Shown: positions 39,556 through 47,832 of the stretch, one piece after another
How the letters are laid out: each line of letters starts with the position of its first letter
How positions within the stretch are numbered: position 1 is the first letter of the stretch
Program-made: the position numbers and the translations under genes
Notes under the pieces: generated by a model
The model's input: only the letters and a program-made list of their open reading frames with translations
Told to the model about the DNA's origin: nothing
Database searches by the model: none
Assembly: GCA_002269645.1 (NCBI GenBank)
Contig: NIVC01004386.1
Coordinates: forward strand, 1-47,832
From: Macrostomum lignano
Lineage: Eukaryota
Direction of reading: 5' to 3'
Length of the DNA stretch: 47,832 nt

Positions 39556-41681
39556 ATGCGATTAAAACTACCGTATTATCCGCTGCTAGCGGCTCTGGCA
39601 GCTGGCTGGCTCATGGGTGCCCTGACTGTGCTGCTGCTACTGACTGAACGCGAGGTTGACCTGGTGCCACCTATGCCTGACGACGAGGCGGTCTGGCCCA
39701 GTCCAGCTATCGATCCCGGGAATTTCAACTGCAACAACCGGCGCCCGAGGCCGCTGCAACCAACTGGCGACTTTGCCGCAGCGATGGCCTGGCAACGGAT
39801 GCGTCAGAACGACTCGATTTACTATTTCGAGCGACCGGGCAAGCTGCTGCCGATGCTGCGCCCGCTGTCCGAGAAGGAGGCCTCGGCCACCTACAGGGCC
39901 TCCGTGGCCAGGTCTTGGCTCGGCACCCAGACACTGGTGATCGCGGCCACTGTGAGAAATGGCATGCCTAACTTGGAGAACAGTTTGCAGAATATTGGCC
40001 GACTGCGGACTCTGTTCAGGCAGAGCTGGGTGCTGCTAGTTGAGAACGACTCTGATGATGGCACTAGAGAGAGGCTGCTGCGGCTGGCCAGGCTCGATCC
40101 CCGAGTCCGCGTGCTCGGTTGTGGCCAGCCTAACAGCAAATCGCCATGCCGAATGAACCAGAGATACCACAGCGGCTCGGCGCACAGGCCCGGCTCCAAT
40201 ATGGAGAGGACAATTGAGGAAGAGGTGCTCTTCGCCTTGCCGCATCTTTTATCCCGTAGGGAAAGGGTTGGTGATAAAAGATTCTGGGGTTTTTCACTCT
40301 AGAGGATGTTGAGGTCGGTCTCTTGATGCTATGGTGTCTAGAGTGATGCTATTGGTGTCTAGAGTGATGCTATAGTGTCTAGAGTGATGCTATGGTGTCT
40401 AGAGTGATGCTATTGGTGTCTAGAGTGATGCTATAGTGTCTAGAGTGATGCTATGGTGTCTAGAGTGATGCTATTGGTGTCTAGAGTGATGCTATAGTGT
40501 CTAGAGTGATGCTATGGTGTCTAGAGTGGTGCTATTGGTGTCTAGAGTGATGCTATGGTGTCTAGAGTGATGCTATTGGTGTCTAGAGTGATGCTATGGT
40601 GTCTAGAGTGATGCTATGGTGTCTAGAGTGATGCTATTGGTTTCTAGAGTGATGCTATGGTGTCTAGAGGGATGCTATGGTGTCTAGAGTGGTGCTATTG
40701 GTGTCTAGAGTGATGCTATGGTGTCTAGAGTGATGCTATGGTGTCTAGAGTGATGCTATTGGTGTCTAGAGTGATGCTATGGTGTCTAGAGTGATGCTAT
40801 GGTGTCTAGAGTGATGCTATGGTGTCTAGAGTGGTGCTATTGGTGTCTAGAGTGATGCTATGGTGTCTAGAGTGATGCTATGGTGTCTAGAGTGGTGCTA
40901 TTGGTGTCTAGAGTGATGCTATGGTGTCTAGAGTGATACTATTGGTGTCTAGAGTGATGATTCACGGTCTCTAAAAAGTTGATGTCTATAAAGGGATGCT
41001 AGGGTCTTTAGTTTAGAGTTTGATAGGGTCTCTGGAGGGATGCTAGGGTCTCCAAGCGATGCTAAGAGGGTCTTTAAATCTCTAAAACTGTACATGTATT
41101 ACAGAGGTAAGAATTTTTGTATCCCGGTTTAGATCGATCGCGGCCTGATCATGTCCGTCCTGCGCAACGAGTACCTGAACCACGCGTACAAACACCTGGG
41201 CAGCAGTGCTGACTTTCTATTGATAATCGATCCAGATTTAGCCTGGCACAGCTGGAACCTCAACAGCATTCTGCAAGGTCTGTACTACTTCAAGACGCGG
41301 CCGAAGCTGCAGCAGATGTGCGCTAGCACAGTCAGCTTATACGATGGCAAACTGTACGACCCTTGCACGATTAACTTCTACAACAACAAGCGCTACGGCG
41401 AGGACACAAAGTATCCCTACGTAGACATCGAAAAGTCCATCTTAAAAGGGCCAAGGGACCTGCCACCAGTCAAGGCTGAGAGCTGTTTTCAAGCGTTCTC
41501 GTTCTACCGATTCTCTGTGCTGCAATCGCGGAGGCTGCAATACGAGAGGAGCCACGGCGAGTGGATGTGCGAGCACAACACCCTGTCCAGGCAACTGGAC
41601 GAGGTGTACCTGGACCCGCAGATGCGACTTGGAGTGTCGGACAGTGCGAATTACTATGTCTTAAACAGGAATCTGTTTTAA
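39556..41681 (+). CDS. Type II membrane GT-A glycosyltransferase, Cap59/Cmt1 (GT69)-like
   Basis: Exon 1 from ATG 39556 has a TM anchor, VIAATVRN and VENDSDDGT. Exon 2 from 41133 (TTTAG|ATC, phase 0) has LRNEYL, IIDPDL (DxD), ESCFQAF and CEHN, ending at the stop at 41681. The donor is uncertain, and the best in-phase site is GAG|GTGCTC at 40225. Confidence 0.7.
40325..40960. repeat. 19-20-bp minisatellite (TGTCTAGAGTGATGCTA(T)TGG) in the glycosyltransferase intron
   Basis: Directly visible. Confidence 0.95.
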
Positions 41682-41869
41682 AGCAGATCGACTTTTCAAT
41701 TTCCAGTTTTATTTAGTACCAAATTAAAAAAATATTGGGCTCTGTCCAATGGTCCAAAGGAATTTAAGCGTCACTGAAAGAAATTTGTGTCTGGTCTGTA
41801 CCTACCCACAGAATATTAAAAATAGACAAAGTAACCTGTTGTAAGCTGAGAGTGACTGAGTGAGTGGCC

Positions 41870-42017
41870 CCTGATTGACTCCCTTCTTTTCTCTTCCTTC
41901 CTCTCTTTCCTTCTTTCTTCCTTCTCTCCACTTATCATATTTCTCTCTCACCTGGCCCGTAGCCATTAGCTGGATTATTTATTTGGCCCTTGAAGTAAAC
42001 ATTTTGCCGAGCCCAGG
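41870..42017 (-). mobile_element. Truncated copy (left end) of the GA-carrying hAT MITE family
   Basis: Reverse complement reads GGGCTCGGCAAAATGTTTACTTCAAGGGCC..ATAATCCAGCTAATGG..GGGCCAGGTG, then purine-rich sequence, as in 90-533 and 13618-14958. Confidence 0.6.
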
Positions 42018-42936
42018 CTTAAGTACATGTAAGGCGTAGTTCTGTTCCCTTTAGACACAGGCAGTCAAGGCAATTTGTCCGTCTTTTAATGAGCGACAAA
42101 TGCAAAATATATTGTAAAATGATTAATCAATTCAAAGGAATCAAAAGTTCGAGAACTAGGATTCGCGTCATGCCACGGCTAACAATTGTGCTTGACACGC
42201 TTGCTTCATTTAGAATTTGAAGTAACTTGCACTGAATGTAACTCGTGTAGCTATATTTGTTATTGTAAATCTCTGCTTTTAATGCGCACTGCCCTATTTG
42301 AGAACGCAATGCTTCCTTGAGGAAATCTGTATCAAAACATTGAAGTAACTGGTAAGACTGCTATTTAATTTTTTGAGTTTCAATACTCACAATAAATTAA
42401 TATTGATGGCTATTAGAAGTTTGAATTTAATAAGACAGGCCATGTGAATACATTGCTAATAATAAACTGTATATAGTGCAAAACAAATGATAATAACAAT
42501 ATGCAGACACCGCAAAGCAAAAAAGCAGCACATGATGAGCAGCAGTTTTAACAACTTGAAGTACTACTTAATAAAAAAGCAAAGCTCAATAAAGCATATC
42601 ATAGAATAAAGATTAATTATTGCACCAACCACAGATGCTAGAATACCTAAATGTCACTCAAAAAATGCGCTAATCTAGTCTTTGTTTCAATAGCAACAAT
42701 CTACTATGGCTTTCTACAAGCAGACGCATTAAATTAGCGTCATTCATCTTGCTTTACCCACTCTAGGCTGCATTAGGCTCGAAATTATTTAATCAGAAAT
42801 CAATTAAGGACTGAAGATTGGGCCTAGCTATCAAGAAAAAGGGGGTGGCGCTTGAGACACCAGCCAGACCGATAAATAATTGGGATTTTCTCTTGCAAGC
42901 GTGTCTGACATTGACCTCTTTTCTTACAGCTATCTT

Positions 42937-43202
42937 ATTGGCTGAGCTAGATTGGGCCAGCCCCTAGACTGAGTTTCGTCCGTCTTGACTTCCCCTCTCT
43001 CCTTACTGCTCTCTCATTGGCTGAGCTAGATTGGGCCTGCCCCCCCTAGGCTGAGTTTCGTTCGTCTTGACTTTCCTCTCTCTCCTAACTGCTCTCATTG
43101 GCTGAGCCAGATTGGGCCTGCCCCCTAGACTGAGTTTCGTCCGTCTTGACTTCTCCTCTCTCCTTACTGCTCTCTCATTGGCTGAGCTAGATTGGGCCTG
43201 CC
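42937..43202. repeat. ~80-bp tandem repeat, about 3.3 units
   Basis: ATTGGCTGAGC recurs at 42937, 43016, 43097 and 43177. Confidence 0.9.
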
Positions 43203-43699
43203 AAAGCCTGAGACCACAAAACCGAAAGGAAAGATTTCTAGCTGACACATTGAATTTCTGCGCAGATAGACTACTGAAAAAGAGTAGACGCTCAAATTTT
43301 TACCAGATTAAATTGCGAGTGACCATATCCAGTTTATTCTGGTTTCTGTGACACCAAAGGAAGTACTTAATAAAGACAGGCGAAAATCAGCTATCAATAA
43401 AAAGTACATACAAAAAGAGGCAATACAACAATATGTTGAAAATTTTTCGCCTAATTCTTATTTAATGAAAATTATAAAGTGTCAAAAACTGCAAAACTAT
43501 ATTTATTATTATTACAAGGATGAGATTAAAAGCAGGCTGACAGCGACTGAAAAAATTAAATAAATAAACTAACACCGAGATTAAGGTAGGTTGAAGACAA
43601 GGACATGAACTATTAAGTGTAAATAAATAAGTCTAATATAATCTGATCTGTATATTAGACATAAGTTTCTAGGGCATAGTGGATTTGGAGGCAAATATG

Positions 43700-44605
43700 A
43701 TGGGGATTAATGGGGCGGGTGGATCAGATGGTGGATTAAAGGAGGGGCGGATCAGATGGTGGATTAAAGGAGGGGCGGATCAGATGGTGGATTAAAGGAG
43801 GGGCGGATCAGATGATGGATTAAAGGGGGCAGATCAGATGGTGGATTAAAGGGGGGCAGATCAGATGGTGGATTAAAGGGGGCGGATCAGATGGTGAATT
43901 AAAGGGGGGCGGATCAGATGATGGATTAAAGGGGGCGGATCAGATGGTGGATTGAAGGGGGACGGATAAGATGGTGGATTAAAGGGGGCGGATCAGGTGG
44001 TGGATTAAAGGGGGGCGGATCAGATGGTGGATTAAAGGGGGCGGATCACATGGTGGATTAAAGGGGGGCGGATAAGATGGTGGATTAAAGGGGGGCGGAT
44101 CAGATGGTGGATTAAAGGGGGCGGATAAGATGGTGGATTAAAGGGGGGCAGATCAGATGGTGGATTAAAGGGGGCGGATTAGATGGTGATTGGTGGATTA
44201 AAGGGGCGGATCAGATGGTGGATTAAAGGGGGCGGATCAGATGGTGGATTAAAGGGGGCGGATCAGATGGTGGATTAAGGGGGGCGGATAAGATGGTGGA
44301 TTAAAGGGGGCGGATCAGGTGGTGGATTAAAGGGGGCGGATCAGGTGGTGGATTAAAGGGGGCGGATCAGATGGTGGATTAAAGGGGGGCGGATCAGATG
44401 GTGGATTAAAGGGGGCGGATCAGATGGTGGATTAAGGGGGGGGGGCGGATAAGATGGTGGATTAAAGGGGGGCGGATCAGGTGGTGGATTAAAGGGGGCG
44501 GATCAGATGGTGGATTAAAGGGGGGCGGATCAGATGGTGGATTAAAGGGGGGCGGATCAGATGGTGGATTAAAGGGAGCAGATCAGATGGTGGATTAAAG
44601 GAGGG
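43700..44605. repeat. 26-27-bp G-rich minisatellite (GGCGGATCAGATGGTGGATTAAAGGG)
   Basis: Directly visible. Confidence 0.95.
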
Positions 44606-44924
44606 CGGATCAAATCTCAGATTAGATCAGAAGGCGGACAGAAAATTGAAGCCAGGCCAGCAGCTGCAGAAAGGCGACTCTAATAAGCCAATAAAAATTA
44701 ATTTATTAGACAAAGAAAATTTTATGTCACATTAAGAAAACTATTCTTAACAGATAAAAACTGATAACAAACGAGCTGGCGTAATGCGAGTGAATTGCAC
44801 AATAACTTGATATAAACAAATAACAATAAAGATACGAAAGACATTAATAATAAGACATTAATGTAAAAACAACAGAGTTGCCAAGCAAACTGCAAACTAA
44901 TCCAGTGACATTTCTAGCAATCAA

Positions 44925-47378
44925 TCACACCAGCAGCTGACGGGTGAGCAGACTTTTCCTTTGTTCTCTAAACTGATCGCCCACCTCGAAATCTTCTCTG
45001 CTGACTGAGTCATCGCCAGATTGGTCAGCCGGAGATGAAGGAAGCTGAGAAAATCGCTGCTGCTGCTGCTGCTGAGATGCCTCGTTTGAGCTGACGGATC
45101 TGCCAGTCGGGCCGAGCTGACATTCAAAGTTATTATCAAATGGCTCGTTAATGGGGATATTCGATGAGAACGGATATCACTAAATAGGGATATTTAAGAA
45201 TGAGATATCTGTAAATGGCAATATTTGAGGAGAATGGGATACATGAGATACCGGTAAATAGGGATAATTGAGAACGGGATATCGGTAAATGAGGATATTT
45301 GAGAATGGGATATCGGTAAATGAGGATATTTGAGAATGGGATATCGGTAAATGAGGATATTTGAGAATGGGATATCGGTAAATGAGGATATTTGAGAATG
45401 GGATATCGGTAAATGAGGATATTTGAGAATGGGATATCGGTAAATGAGGATATTTGAGAATGGATATCGGTAAATGAGGATATTTGAGAATGGGATATCG
45501 TAAAATGAGGATATTTGAGAATGTGATATCGTAAATGGGGATATTTGAGAATGGGATATCGAAAATGGGGATATTTGAGAATGGGATATCAGTAAGTGGG
45601 GATATTTGATGACAATGAGATATTGGTAAATGGGGATATTTGAGAAAGGGATATCAGTAAGTGGGGGATATTTGAGAATGTGATATCGGTAAATGGGGAT
45701 ATTTGAGAATGGGATATCAGTAAGTGGGGGTATTTGAGAATGGGATATCGGTAAATGGGGATATTTGAGAATGGGATATCGGTAAATGGGGATATTTGAG
45801 AATGGGATATCAGTAAATGGGGGATGTTTGAGAATGAGATATCGGTAAATGGGGACATTTGAGAATGGGATATCAGTAAATGGGGGATATTTGAGAATGG
45901 GATATCAGTAAGTGGGGTATTTGAGAATGGGATATCGGTAAATGGGGGATATTGAGAATGAGATATCGGTAAATGGGGATATTTGAGAATGGGATATCGG
46001 TAAATGGGGATATTTGAGAATGGGATATCAGTAAATGGGGGATATTTGAGAATGGGATATCAGTAAGTGGGGGTATTTGAGAATGGGATATCGGTAAATG
46101 GGGGATATTTGATGAGAATGAGATATTGGTAAATGGGGATATTTGAGAATGGGATATCGGTAGATGGGGATATTTGAGAATGGGATAGCAGTAAGTGGGG
46201 GTATTTGAGCAGAATAGGACATCCGAAAAATGCTTACAGTGAGTGAGTTATAGCTAGCCGACTCGTCCAGTTCGCTGATTGAGCCAACACCGCCGCGGTT
46301 GCGCAGGGCTCGCAGGAACAAACCGGCCACTTGAAAAACGTTCTTACCAACGCAATGGTCACAGAGGACGCAGGCCAATAGCAGGCCCCAGCACAGTAGC
46401 ACAGTCAGGCCACTGAGCGCTTGCAGAGCGGTAAGCAGCTGCCTTGGTTGCGGCTGAGTCCATGACACCGCCAGCGGCGGCAGAGCGACTGAGTGCAGCA
46501 GCAGACACAGCAGGCAGTGGCAGCGGTACATGCGCAGCTGATGGGGGGGCGAATTCGGGGACATTGCGTACTTTGTTTTAATTCCACTAACAACAGATGC
46601 CTAGCTGTCTTTGTTAGAAAATTTATATAAGAAAAAACTCACAGCAATGGTTCTCGAGGTTCGCGCATAGCTCAAAGCCAAAATACTTAATAGTAACATC
46701 TGAAGAAGTAAAAGAGAAACAGATCGCTAAAAAGTTATTAGGTGACTCTAGCGACTTTGGGGCGACTCTAGCGACTTGCGAGTTGCTGGATCGTAAGTCG
46801 AGAAATAGCCGTCATAGAGTGGTTGTGTTAGCGCTTACTCGCTTCTGCTAACTCAAGTGGACTAAATTGAGTTGTTTTCTAGAGTCACTTCCGGACCAAT
46901 TTTGGTGCTCAAGCCCCCAATGAATGTGGAATCCCAAGAGAAGTTGAATTTGTTGAGCGGCTTACTCCAAGTAACTCAAGACAATCCGAATAAGCGGGTC
47001 TTATTCAACCTACCAAAATTGCGCACCACAATGGGAAGCCAAAGGCGCCTGACACATCAAACGCTGACCAATTAACGTTAACTACAGTCGTATTAGCCTC
47101 ACTAATCGATTCAGTTGGTTAAAACTATTAGCCCGAATGGCAACGCTGGCAGACCAGAAGCTGAAGCCAACCAGAGCCAAACACAGCTGCATCCAGCCTA
47201 GCAATGGAGGCACCCGCGATCCAACCCGAGACCCGATGATCAATAAGCTGTCATCGTCAATATCGCAGTCGCCGCTATTGCTGGAACTGCGCCATAGCCG
47301 GTATGGCTGGTGCGACGACTGCTGCTGAGATGGCAGCTCGTGAGCAGGCAAAAACAGGACATCCTCCGGCTGATGCTC
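44925..47378 (-). CDS. 3' part of an unidentified multi-pass membrane protein (at least 3 exons; 5' end not found)
   Basis: Exons 47378-47103, 46537-46238 and 45116-44925 have canonical sites (TTTTCAG, GTGAGG, CATCAG, GTAAGC, TGTCAG). All are phase 0 and join into one open frame with about 3 hydrophobic segments, ending REQRKSLLTRQLLV*. Confidence 0.7.
45165..46210. repeat. ~30-31-bp minisatellite (GAGAATGGGATATCGGTAAATGGGGATATTT) in an intron of the membrane-protein gene
   Basis: Directly visible. Confidence 0.95.
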
Positions 47379-47612
47379 CTGAAAATTCCAAATCTAAGAA
47401 TCATTTCCAGCCAAAACAGAATGCAATGCAAACAAAGGTGTAAAGGCAGCACCTGCAAATTTTATACCAAACTCAAGTTCTTTTTTAATTCCTGATATTT
47501 GAAAAAGGCTCAAGATTTTTGCATGTATTCTGGAATCTGAGGCCATACTCGTGTAAAATTAGGATTTGAGGCAAACATTTGATATTGTGGGCTGGGGTAC
47601 TGCGCAGAATGT

Positions 47613-47832
47613 CAGGCATTGGCAAACTCTGGCCTCTGTCTCTGACTCTCCACTAGTCGCCTTGATCCATTGCAACTTTTGTCTTCTTTTCTGTTCCTCT
47701 TCTCTCTCGTCCCTTGCCTCTCCTCTCTTTCTCTCGTCTCTGCTCTCTCATCTCTCCTTTCTTCTCTTTTATCTCTTCTCATTTCTCTCTCTGCTCTCTT
47801 TTCTCTCTCTCCCTCTTCTCACTCCTCACTCT
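47613..47832 (-). mobile_element. Probable right end of another GA-carrying hAT MITE, running off the window
   Basis: CAGGCATTGGCAAACTCTGGCC resembles the reverse complement of the family right end, followed by a CT-rich tract. Confidence 0.4.

Noticed and set aside
38925-39556. Two hydrophobic minus-strand ORFs upstream of the GT69-like gene
   Set aside because: One starts at GTG, no family motifs are seen, and I could not join them with convincing splice sites. A real small gene is not excluded.
30886-46210. Minisatellite arrays as CRISPR-like arrays
   Set aside because: The units are directly adjacent with no unique spacers, there are no cas genes, and the context is eukaryotic introns.

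Overview
Eukaryotic (metazoan) genomic DNA with spliceosomal GT-AG introns and heavy repeat content. The style suggests an invertebrate, possibly a free-living flatworm such as Macrostomum, but this is inference only. Host genes: two tandem GT32 (A4GNT/A4GALT-like) glycosyltransferases, a frameshifted LRR-like membrane protein, a dynein light chain, two tandem divergent-loop cyclophilins (one likely cytosolic, one likely mitochondrial), a Cap59/GT69-like type II glycosyltransferase and a partial orphan membrane protein. Mobile DNA: a near-intact 4.4-kb Mag-type Ty3/Gypsy element with LTRs and a 5-bp TSD, two ~2-kb solo LTRs with 4-bp TSDs, nested hAT MITEs with 8-bp TSDs, decayed LINE, Tc1 and hAT coding remnants, and a tRNA-SINE fragment. 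Three observations stand out. (1) Both paralog pairs have near-identical catalytic cores but diverged N-termini, which suggests gene conversion. (2) The same intron in both cyclophilins is filled with different 20-bp arrays that share a CAG|GT-nnn-TGAC scaffold resembling splice sites. (3) A 3.2-kb tandem duplication has a junction holding a 351-bp copy of a cyclophilin exon from 7.3 kb downstream plus a 10-bp templated filler. All coordinates and alignments were read by eye and no database searches were run.
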